This document shows positions 35,950 to 47,549 of a stretch of DNA of 64,000 bases, in pieces. The stretch comes from Phyllobates terribilis (Eukaryota): positions 1 to 64,000 of the forward strand of contig NW_027366436.1 in the NCBI RefSeq assembly GCF_046119375.1, read 5' to 3'. The notes below the pieces were generated by a model that was not told the origin of the DNA, ran no database searches, and saw only the letters and a list, made by a program, of their open reading frames with translations. How positions within the stretch are numbered: the first letter of the stretch is position 1; every line of letters starts with the position of its first letter. Position numbers and translations under genes: made by a program.

Positions 35950-36746
35950 CAGTGTTCTAAAACGCCCGCCTAGGCGCTAGGTGGCACCCTAACGTTCCGA
36001 ATAGGAGCTAGTCCTTTTTTTCTAGGTGGTAGGAAAAAAAATCCCCCGCCTAGGAGGCTACGCCCGCCTAGGCGTTACGTTTTTTTCTAGGCGGGGGTAT
36101 GCGTTCTTTTGTTTTGAAAGGGATATGCGTTCTTATTTAGGTTAAAAGTTAAAAATCATTCCCCTCCTCTCGTTCGTCCCACGCCTTCGCCTCTCACCTC
36201 TCACCCCTATCCCTCTTAACTGAAAACTTTGTCGTCCCTACTGCCTCCCACCTCCATCTTGTCATGCCATCATCTCTCGTCCCACCGGTTGCCTCTCACC
36301 TCACCTCACCTCTCGTCCCTCCTCTTACCCTCGTTAGGCTCTCCCTGCCCCTCTCCCTCGTACTGTGACCAATGTCCACTCAGAACCTATGACTGCAACT
36401 ATGACTTATGAATAATTATTTAATATTATTTACGTTGAAACATGTGTTGAAAACTATATGATTTTTGCTTGTTCTAGTCTTTTAGATTTTCTTTACGGCG
36501 AATACTATAAAGTCTATGAATTTTGGATGATTAATGAGCAAATTATATGATTATATTAAAATTACATAGTTAAATCATAAATTACTATGAAAATTATGAA
36601 TCAATATATTTCGATTTAGTTTTTCATATAAGGAAATTATACTAAAATATAAAAATAAGTGTTATAATATTGATCCGCCTAGGCCCCGCATAGGCGCTAG
36701 GCCCCCCTCACCGCCTAGCACCCACCTAGCGTTTTTCAGAACACTG
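35950..36746. mobile_element. hAT MITE
   Basis: TIR CAGTGTTCT.AAA, perfect 8-bp TSD ATTATAAC, CGCCTAGGCG subterminal repeats. Confidence 0.92.
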
Positions 36747-36789
36747 ATTATAACAGCGAAAAAATGAACGGAGCTAAATATCAAAAAAC

Positions 36790-38003
36790 ATCAAAGTTGT
36801 CTTGATTTATTGGCGCATCTCTTGCAATTGCAACTCACACTTCACTCATGCCTCCTAGAAGTTCACTTATTCCTTTATCTTCTGGATCCATTGGTTTGGG
36901 TTCTTCCACCTCATTATCCTCTAAGAACATATCATTATAATTATGTTCTAGAATATAGTTGTGGTGGCTGAAACAAGATAGAATAATGACATTTGTGTAA
37001 AACTTCCATCTTCTTTTGGGGACACCAAATCTTCTTTCAATGGTTGTTCACAATGATGAATGGATGTAGTTGAATTCTTCTTCTACATTTTGTGGAGCCT
37101 ATGTTAGGACTTAGAAATTGTGATTTGTGGTAATTGGCTTTAAAATATGGAACCATGTAACCCTTTTTATCAGCATATCTCTTGTCCAACAGATAACAAA
37201 GACCTAAAAATAACAACTTATGTTATCAATATTATTTTTATAGATGTTTAATGTTACACATGAATAACCTAGAAAGTCTTACATGGAGGTGGGTGTGGAA
37301 AGTTTAAGCACGGCGTATTAAAGCATGATTGAACACTTATGTAACACAGACACTGCCCTCTTACCTAGTTTGTACATAGGTGAAATATATGTCAAAGTTG
37401 CACTTACCCATAACTTTAAATGAGCAACATTTCTTTTGACCAAGGTAGGTATATTGTTCACCTTGTTATACAAGCACCAATGTATGTCCTACCTTTGCAT
37501 ATAATTGCATCCTAAAATAATAATTCGAACACGTCATAAATACATTATTATTGTAAATCATAGAACACCCAGCTTAAACACGTACCTTGAAAAGTTGGTA
37601 CCTCTTGAGATTGAATCTTGCTAGAAATTCCACTAAAATATCTATCACATGGTTGTAACAACTTCATACAATACCATTTAATCCATATGACCATCCAACT
37701 AAAGTATCAATAACTTGATTAATCACCCGACTAATAGTGTCTCGAGATCTCTAAAAACTCGCATGCACAACTCTCCTTGATGCTCCTATAGCAATTGTGT
37801 ACATAAAAATTCATACTTTCTCTAATACACCCATATTCCTATAAGTTATAAGCCCATATATTATTAAATCTATACACAGGTTATCAAGGACATGTCTTTC
37901 CATTCTAAATGTATTCAACCCCTAACTCCTGATTGTGAATCCATAATCTCACTCATCCACATGATCTCATATTGATAAGAACCAATACAAGGGACCTTAA
38001 TTA
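36790..38003 (-). pseudogene. PIF/Harbinger transposase (DDE_Tnp_4) relic
   Basis: WMSEIM...FRMERHVLDNLC, CNFDIYFTYV, CYLLDKRYADKKGYMVPY and TIERRFGV.KRRWK, with intron-like gaps. Confidence 0.82.
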
Positions 38004-39081
38004 AGTACTTTGTAAATATGGTCCCTTTCTATATGCTTTATGCTATTTTGACTGGCTCTTAATAAGTGAATGGGAAGGTACCTATCTTCCAATCAAATGT
38101 GTATTCCCTAATTCATTGAATCTAGGCCTAGCTACAACAACAATGGACATTACTTTTGAATGAATTTGCTAGAACTAGTAGACTTTTAATATCCCTTCTC
38201 ATTTCATACTAAGTATAACTTTGTGTTTTCTTAGTTAGATTGAACCACTTTTTATCATAATGTGTAATGTATTCTTTGATTGGTTGATCTTTATAGCTAG
38301 ATCGTGAATGCATGATCTCCCCCATTTGAAAAGAGGTAATAGTGTGCTCTGAGACTTGTGTTCTCTTTCTGTCACACACTTGTCTTGCGTCTTTTTGCAT
38401 CTTGTCTATGTTTCAAAGTGTGCTAACACTTCTCGTGGATATACTAAATGTTGTGCAACTTCCTTAACTGAACCACGTTCAAGTTGATGCCCAGTTTTCC
38501 TTTGAAACAGCCAGACCAGATGTAGCCTTTTCTCACCCCTGAGTCTACTGATTCTTGATTGATGAGGATTCTCTGTTATTGTGTTTGTCTCTTACTCTAA
38601 CTCTGGTTGAGTTGAAAATTGTTGATGAATTTTAGTCTTGAAATTTTGTGTGATTGTTTTCTTGTGGGGGTTGGTTGGAATCAAAAGGAAGATTAACTTC
38701 AATGTCCCTTCTGTATTACAGGCTACCTAATTCATCATTGTCTTCCTCTCCCAGTGGATCTAGAGCAACATTTAAGTCCATGTATGGAGTCATGAATAGT
38801 AGATGGTAATACTAATAAATGCTCTGTTATTTTTTGTGTTTGAGTTTTTTAGTGTAAGAGCTTTCAATGCTTAGAAAATAATTATGAACTTAGTGTCATG
38901 TTTCCTATGTGGAGAAGATTGTAAATTTTGCATCCATATATCAAGATTAATGTAATTTAATTGGTTAATAAGAGTATAATAAAACTTTGTTATGATTGGT
39001 TTTCTTGTCAGATTTTGCAAATTTTGTCTCTCTTTTGCAATTATGAGGAGATATAGGAAGCGAAATAAGGGACGACGGGAG
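38004..39081 (-). mobile_element. Plant mariner (Stowaway-related) element 5' part with transposase N-terminal fragment
   Basis: Terminus AGGGACGACGGGAG|TA at 39081. Motifs LERGSVKEVAQH, HDLAIKINQSKNTLHIMIKSGSI and KVMSIVVVARPRFNELGN...KIGTFPFTY. Confidence 0.78.
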
Positions 39082-39668
39082 TAAGATTTTACTTCATCCC
39101 AAAGAAACTGATAACTAATACAAACCCTATCCATTTGTTAGAAGTGTTGGGGCGGGTCCCGTGGCCTGATTTCATGTCTGATAGATTTTAGCTCAAATAA
39201 GAGAAAAAAGGGAAAAAGCCCATTAAAGGGGCGGCCCAATTAACCTCTCTTATAAATACTAGAATACGGAACAAGGAATGGGAGCACTTTTCGACCTTCC
39301 GTACTAAAACTCTGCCAGAATTCAAAGCTAAAGTACTCCTTTGTCTCATTATCCTCGAGCACTTGGCATAACATATTCCCCTCTATTGAGTTGCTGCTGA
39401 CTTGAGCGTCGGAGAGCCAAATCCAGATGAAGCCCCCTCTCTCCCCTGGATTTGTTCGTGCAGGTACACCCACAAGGACTCATCGAAGACTATTCGGCGA
39501 GCACTTCAGACTGTGGGAGCTTAAACTGCCTTTACCCTCAGCTAAGAAAGACAAGAGTGAATCTAAGCCTCTCGTCGAGACGTGTTGACTCAACGAGGAA
39601 TTTGGGATTCAACACTGGCGCCGAACGTGGGGACCCTCTCACACAATTAAGCAGACAAAGAGTATCGA

Positions 39669-42600
39669 ATGGCTAGCCAACACACAACACAAAGCAGACG
39701 CCGCAACAACAGTGCACCAGTTAGGCGTCGAGACACTGGCTCCCGAATGGGTAACGTCTCCACAGACGCAACCACTCAGCGGAGCCGCAATGTCGCTCTA
39801 ACCACTGACATGGTCGAGTTCCATGAGTTTCTACGTTTCCAAGCAACAAGGCGACAACACGAGCAGCTCAAGCAGCGCCTCCGTCAAGAGGACGAGGGAC
39901 GGCAGCGTCAAAGGACGAGCTGACATTGGCTATGCTAAATGAAGAGTCTCGGATCGTGAGAGAACGCGAGCTCGCCCATCTAGATCCTGAGCCTCGTCGC
40001 AATGCTCAAGTGCGTGGGCCGGGCCGCCACTCCGCACCCCCTCAGTATCCTAACGGCCAGCTCGTACACCCTCGTATACCCCATGCCCCACAAGCAACTA
40101 ACCTACGCCCGAACGCACAACCTTTCGAGCCTCAGCATCCACCCTCTCGGGTTCATGAGCCTTATATACCACCCACGTTGCACGAGCAACGACAACATGA
40201 ACATCCCTTACCTCCAGCCTATGCCCAGAACATTGTCGAACACCCCCAAACCCCTACGCCAACTATGTACCAGAGTACTACATCCACTAGCAACACATTG
40301 TACCACGACCACCCGACCCATATAACCCTTTTCCTGCTCCTAACTATGACCATCAAATTAGTGCAGGATCGATCTCGCGGGGGGCTACTATCTTTGCAGA
40401 CCATATCGCTCATACCCTCGTGCGCGATGATTTTAAGTACCCAACCTCAAAGGAGTACTCTGGTAATGAAGACCCTCGAGACCATATCAATCGGTACAGA
40501 TACGCCATGCTGGCGTGCAATGCTGATGATGCCACTATGTGCAAGGATTTCCCGAACACTCTTTCTGGGACTGCCTCTCGTGGATACTGTCCCTGCCAAA
40601 ACGAATAATCCAAAACTTCGACGACTTGGAGGAACGCTTCATTACCCATTTTAGCGCCTCTAAAAAGCGCAAGGTGACGATGCTGCAGACGTAGGGTGTC
40701 AAATAGAAGGTGGGCGAGAGCCTAGAAAACTATTTGAGAAGGTTCACTGCCATAGAACTCGAGGCCCACGACTTCACTGAGGATGGTGCTCGACAAGCCT
40801 TCTTCGGGGGACTACTCGACGACTCTGATTTCAAAGACAGGCTTGGTCGGAATATCAATGATAGGGATATGTACCTCAGTTATGATCGCATGCTTCAAAA
40901 GGCCTACGACCAGGTCGAGTCCGACAAGATAACAGGCCGGAACAATGGGGCCGAGCCCTCGAAGAAACAGGGACATGCACAGGGCAGTGGTTAGAAGGGC
41001 AATACGCTATGGGGACCCAAGCGCCAGGCAGACCAACACCCAAGAGCTCCAGCCCTCCAAGCCCAAGGCCACCAAGGCCAGACCCAATTCCCAGTCCAAG
41101 CAATGGTGGCCACAGTGCAAAGGGCCGCAAGGCGAGAACGACAGGCAATGTCACAGGGACAAGGAATGTGGTGTGAGAAACATCGTAGTCAAAGCCACTC
41201 GACCGCTCAGTGCCGAACCATTTACAAAGAAGCCCAAGCAGAGGACAGACGCGTCATGGCCGCTCATCGAGCAGAAGGGCGGCAGGCTCACTAGCTACCA
41301 CCACCCGTCCCACCACCACCTCAATTCTCTCGGCCAGACGGATTTGTGGGAATTATCACGGGGCGCCACGAGCCGCGACCTCCTAGTCGGTGAGAACTAA
41401 GGCGGGCCACCAACGCGCTCCTTCCCCCAGGGAAACCGCTGATGCTTATTATTGAGTCCACTCGGAACCCGTATCAATTGAGCTTCACTGATACGGACGT
41501 CGTCGAGTGGGCCAACAAGAGGGCCGACCCTCTCATCGTCCACATCCAATTGGGGAAAAAAGTCGTCAAGCGGGTAATGGTGGATACTGGCAGCGCCGCA
41601 TGCATCATTTACTGGGATGCCTACCAAAGGCTCGGGCTAGACGCCTCACGCCTTCGCCCAATGAAGGCAAACCTCGTCGGTTTCACCGGGGATTCATAAA
41701 GGCTTTGGGGGTAGCAATAATCGACATGATATTAGGAAACGAAGGCGGCCCTCGACGAAGTTGCGCTATTGACTTCCTGTTCATCTTCATATAACGCCAT
41801 CTTGGGACGAGACTCCCTCACACACTTCGAGGCGGTCGTATCTATAAGCCATTTTTGTCTAAAGTTCCCAACGGCTAGTGGTACACGCGTTACGAGGGGC
41901 AACCAAGAAGAAAGTGAAACTTGCTACATTCAAGCAGAGCAGAACGACAAGAAGCTTGTTCATGCAAACCACCTATACTTATCCGGGTCACTACGGATAG
42001 AGGAAGAAGCAGACCTCGACCCCCTGGAGGAGAGCAAATCAGGCTCAGGGAACGAGAACCTATCGCAGGCCGTCGAGGTGGAAAAACAATGTATATCACC
42101 ATTCGACGAGGCCAGGAAGAACTTATATATCGGCCAAGGCCTTCGCCAGGACGTGATATCAGAGATAAAGACGATGCTCCGGGCCTCGAGGGACATTTTT
42201 GCTTGGACCCCCCGAGACCTAAAAGGCATACCCCCGGAAATAATGACCCACTCCCTAGCAATAGATCCCCAAGCTACTCCTTGAAGGCAGAAAAAGCGAA
42301 AGCAGGCGGGACCAAAGAACGAGGCGGCAGCAACCGAGCTGTCCAAGCTTCTTAAGGTGGGTTTTGTGCAATCTATCCAGTACCCAACTTGACTGGTCAA
42401 TGTAGTAATGGTCCCCAAGAAGGACACATGAAAGTGGCTCATGTGTGTCGATTTCACAGATCTAAACAAGGCCTGCCCAAAAGACAGTTACCCTCTCCTA
42501 TCAATCGACCAGCTCGTCGATTCAACCGCGGGACACGAGGTGTTAAGCTTCCTCGACGCATATTCAGGGTATAACCAGGTTGTTATGAACCCCGCCGATG

Positions 42601-45000
42601 CCGGGCATACTGCATTCATTACCGAAAGGGAGACTTTTTGCTATAGAGTCATGCCTTTCGGCCTTAAAAATGCGGGAGTAACCTTTCAGAGGCTCGTTGA
42701 CAAGGTGTTTAGAGAGAAGCTCGGCAAGACAGTCGAGGCCTATGTGGATGACATTGTTGTGAAAAGTAGATGCCAGACCGATCATCCGAGAGATCTTCAA
42801 GAAGTGTTTGACACATTACGTAGATATGGGATGAGCCTTAACCCTGAAAAGTGCGTGTTCGGTGTGACCGAGGGGAAGTTTTTGGGGTTCCAGATCAGCT
42901 CGAGGGGCATCCAAGTGAATCCCTCGAAAATCCAGGCAGTGCTCGACATGAAGCCACCACGGACAACGCACGAGGTGCAGCGGTTTATGGGATCGGTAAA
43001 TTATTTAGGGAGATTTTGCACAAAGCTCGCCGAGCGCAATCTACCCTTCTTCGAGATACTGAGGAAGCCTAATAACTTTGCCCGGACAGAAGAATGTGAG
43101 GCCGCATTCACGAGTCTCAAGGAGCACTTAGCTAATTTACCAACGCTTTCGTCCCTTGTTCCCGGAGAAACATTGCAAGTATACCTCGCAGCTAGCTCAA
43201 GGATAGCTAGTGCGGTACTGGTCCGCAAGCATCAAAAGCCCATTTACTTTGTCAACAAGGACCTTTCACCAACAGAGGAGCGATATTCACCGGTCGAGAA
43301 AATGGTTTACACCCTAGTCATGGCAGCACGATGACTAAGGCCGTATTTCCACGCCCATACCATACAGGTCCTCACAGACCTCCCGTTACGAGCCGTACTT
43401 CATTGACCCACCCTATCGAGCCGGATGACCAAGTGGGTCGTCGAGCTCTCCGAGTTCGATGTCGAATACCAGCCTCGACCATCCATCAAGGCCCAAGCAT
43501 TATCAGACTTCATTATCGAAACCAGCTTCCGAGGTCACGAGTTATCCTTATGCTTGTCGCCGAGGCCATGGAGGCTCTTTGTGGACGGTGCAGTAAACAA
43601 CAACGGGTGTGGGGGCGGGGATAGCTTTATTCTCGCCCGAGGAGGACCTGTACGAGCATGCCATAACGCTTGATTTCGAGGCAACCAATAACGAGGCAGA
43701 ATACGAGGCGCTTGTCATTGGGCTAGAGATAGCCCTCGAAGAACAGGTAGAAGAGAGAGAATGTTTTTGTGACTCCGAGGTAGTCGTCCAGCAGGTCCAG
43801 GGAGTATATGAGGTGAGAACAGGCACCCTACCCCAATACCAAGCACGAGTGGCACGATTGCGTGGGGTGTTCAAACATTTTCTCATAACCGCCATCCCAC
43901 GCGAGGAGAACGAGCAGGCAGATGGCCTGGCCAGACTAGCATCTAGAGCAAAACTAATCGACGCAAGGCACGAAGGGAAATCTCGGCCGATCTGGTATAA
44001 CACTGCCACCATCAAGTCTATCTCTGAGCAGTTAGAACTCATGGCCATCAATCAACCCGTCAAGGATTGGAGAGCCCCTATACTTGGATATCTTACACAT
44101 ACCAACATCCCAAAAGATCCATGAGAGCGAAAACGCCTTCAGGCCAAGGCCTCGCGGTTCTTTGCTTGCCAGGGCGAGTTTTACAAGCGAGAGATAATGT
44201 CCCGAGATCTGAGATGCCTGTCACGAGAAGAAGGAAACAAAATGTTGGTCGAGCTGCACGCAGGGTTGTGCGGAACGCACGCACACTGGCGATCTCTAGT
44301 GTTCAAGGCACTACGGTATGGCCATTTCTGGTTGTCCATGCACGAAGACGCTATGACCATTGCTCGATCATGCAAAGCCTGCCAAGCTCATGCTTCAGCA
44401 TGTCACCAGCCGGGGGTCAAGATGCAGAATAATGTCGGGGCCTTGCCCCTTCTCCATGTGGGGCTTAGACTTGTTGGGCCCATTTACACCAAAGGCACCA
44501 GGGCAACTAGAATTCATCATCGTCGCCATTGATTACTTCACTAAGCGGATCGAGGCAATACCCTTAGCTCGCACGAATGTACAAGCCGTGCAAAAGTTCC
44601 TCTGGCAAAACATCATCTACTGGTATGGGCTTCCACAAGACATTGTGACAGATAGGGGACAACAGTTCAATACACCAAAGTTCGTCGAGTGGTGTAGAGA
44701 TCTTGGTATCAGGCTGAAATTTGCCTCAGTAGCCCACCCTCATTGTAATGGGCAAGTCGAGGATGCCAATAAGAGCATCGCCACCGATTGAAAGAAGCGA
44801 CTAGATGGTGCTCGAGGGCTATGGGCCGAGAAACTGCCCCTAGTACTATGGGCAAACCGAACAACTGTAGAAAAGGCCACAAGAGAGACACCCTTCGCGC
44901 TTGCATACGGTATCGAAGCAGTAGCACCCGTCGAGCATCTATTCCCAACAGATAGAATCATCCAGTACAACGAGGGTGCAAACGTCGAAAAAAATGGATG
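39669..45000 (+). pseudogene. Tat gag-pol with additional archaeal-type RNase H; integrase C-terminus missing
   Basis: VMVDTGSAACII (PR), MCVDFTDLNKACPKD...YVDDIVVKS (RT), WRLFVDGA...ATNNEAEYEAL...CDSEVVVQQV (aRH), LHAGLCGTH...CKACQ, WGLDLLGP (INT). Many stops and frameshifts. Confidence 0.93.
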
Positions 45001-45624
45001 ATTCAATACATAGGTAAACATCCTTGTAAATTCATTAATTGTGAATACGACTCGACGAGTACCAACTCCATTTGCTTCAATACATAGGGGCGAGAAGTCT
45101 CGGGCCATAACGAAACACATCCTATAAGAGGGACTAAAGCCTCGACTAAGGGACAATTCACGAAAGCAATATCAAAGGATTATAGGGCCCACACCCATGC
45201 ACCGTTCAAGGCGTATTGTGCAAAAGCATATTTAGAGGGAAGAGATAGCCCGAGAACAGAGTCCGCCACCGTGTTATATTTTTAACCATATCTGTCATGC
45301 AAACATCTATCTTTTCGGTCCACATTTTACCATGTTAGCATGTGGTAATTTGTTATGTTGCTCTTCTATTTTGATGAATGCAATATCAGTAATATTTTCA
45401 ATCGTTTATCTATTTACCAATGCCCACAACCCCGTTCAATATCTTTCCTCGCATACAATGTATGGTCGAAAAGGCAGGGGGTGGAAGGCCGGGTTGTGGA
45501 AGACAAGTATAATAAAGAAAAACAAGCATTAATATGTCAGTCCATCATAAGTTTACAACAGAGCCATAGCAAAAGACAGAGTTATGTTACAAATCACAAA
45601 GAGTTATAAATATTCTTGTCACAA

Positions 45625-47549
45625 TCACGGAGTCGGTGAGGAGTGATGAGGAGGAGTCGCCGAGGTCTTCTTCGCAGCCTTCATTGCACGCTTAACCCTC
45701 GCGAAAGCCAGCCCACCATGAGGAACCTCGTTCTCACGACCGACGACGGGAGCACTCGCCATAGGAATAGTAGTAACATTCCAGGCCTCGAGGGTCTTGT
45801 CGTCGTCCATAGAATAAGCTCTGAGAGGGGCCGAAATGTACTTGGTCGGGATCAAGGGGTAGCCATACAACTTCGCGTTATCGATCTTGAAATCTGGAAA
45901 GCCCTGCTCGGCCACCTAAAGCTTGGCCACCTCACAGAAGGCGTTCACCTGATATTGCGTGAGAAATCATTGCCGAGAGCCCTTGCGGTGACCAGAAGCA
46001 TACTGCTCGATGGCTTCCTGGCGAGCTCGGGTGAGCAACCTCTCCTGATCCCCCATCCCCCTTTGGAGCTCATCCTCCACTCTCTTCCTCCCCTCGGATT
46101 CCTTCTTCCTCTCCTCGACCTCCAGGGCCAGCTCGAGATCCAGCTCCTTAATGCGCTTGTCCATCGCATCTAGGGAAGTTTGAAGGAGCGCCTTCTCGTT
46201 GGCTGCATCTTCTTGGACTTTATTCACGGACGCCTTCAACTCCTTGACAGTCCTCTCGAGCTCACCATAGCTCTGCGTTAGCTCTGCCGAGGCTCGCTGA
46301 GTCTAGTTGTTGTACTTGGTCAAGGCAGCCATGTACAGGTGGAAGGCCTGAAGAGAAGAAACCATTAACAAAGTTTTAAAGGAAAGCACGAACCTAAACA
46401 AGGAACTCGAGGAGGCTCACCCTTGCGACTAGTTGAGACTCGACGATCGTCTCGTCTTCGGTCATCTTCCTTATGATGGGTGGAGGAGAAGGGATAGGAA
46501 TGACCCGTGCAAGAACTTGATTGGAGAGCTCAGGAGTCAAGAGAAAACCTCCAATGCTTCGGCTCGAGGGGACGTCCACGACGTTCAAAGGGGCGGGGAT
46601 CAACGGTGTCCTTTTCTAGCTCTCCGGATCAACTGCCCTCTTCCCAGCATGACGCTTCTTGCGAGGTTGTGAGGAGGTTTTCGAGGACAAAGCCCTTTTC
46701 TTCTTTAGGTGCTCGGAGAGAGGGACATCGTCTTCAAGGAGGACGTCTATTGGTGGCAGCCAAGCCTCCTCGATGTTGGGTTGTGTAAGTACGACATGGG
46801 ACGATTGGTGGTGTGGAGGCACCACGTGATCTTTGTCGTCCTCAATGTTCACGAAGTCGAAAGCCATATCTGCATTATCAAGAAAACAAGTCAGAAACAC
46901 ATAGGTATGTCAAAACACGAGATTTAACGTTATGAAAGGATAGCCCTACTACGAGGAGGAGGAATTAAGCTAAGTCCTCGGTGAGCCAAGAAGTCGATAG
47001 TCACTATATCGTTGTTTCTATTAGGGCTTAATTTGCGAAACGCGCAAAAGTCTTCCCTAGCCTTCTGGAGCTGCTCGGAAGTATACATAGTTGCCCACTC
47101 GGCGACCCTGGACACGCGGACACGGTGGTTCACCCTGTGTTCCCTGGGAGGCTTAACTAGAATCCATCGACGAGTCCATCCTGTCTCATTGCCGGGCATC
47201 TTGTATTGGACAAGACTATGCTTGCAAGTGCAAGTGATGAGTCCCCATATGTAATTAGTGGGCTTGTATAAGGCCCGGAAGAGGTGGGCAGTAGGAGAGT
47301 AGCCAATCTCTTGGCAACGAAGCTGAAAGGCAGTCATATGCCTTCAAAAGTTGGGATGGACTTGGGTAGGTCTGAGTTGAAGCTCGTTGAGAATATCTCG
47401 AATAAACTGAGCGAGGGGCAACCGAAAGCCTGCGAGCAAGGCATGGCGGCTAATAGGGAAGTAGGGGCCATAGTTGTCAAGCATCCTCCCTTTCGAGATC
47501 GGTAGGGTTAAGACCGTCCCAGCAGGGAAGGGGAACTCGGCAGCATAAT
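45625..47549 (-). pseudogene. Spliced antisense extra gene of the Tat element (Transposase_28-like N-terminal domain + coiled coil); exons >=47549-46950, 46869-46421, 46347-45625
   Basis: AGFRLPLAQFIRDILNELQLRPTQVHPN...WTRRWILVK resembles PF04195. GT-AG introns 46870-46949 and 46348-46420 preserve frame. Confidence 0.75.

Larger units (their letters stand above)
39145..47549 (+). mobile_element. Ty3/gypsy Tat (Retand/Ogre-type) retrotransposon; 3' end lost
   Basis: 5' LTR 39145-39614 (TGTTGG...TTCAACA), PBS-Lys TGGCGCCGAACGTGGGG at 39616. Order gag-PR-RT-RH-aRH-INT, then an antisense extra gene. Cut by Athila at 47550. Confidence 0.93.

Noticed and set aside
43548-43900. Extra RNase H as a novel or horizontally acquired gene
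   Set aside because: An additional archaeal-type RNase H between RH and INT is an established trait of Tat-lineage elements.
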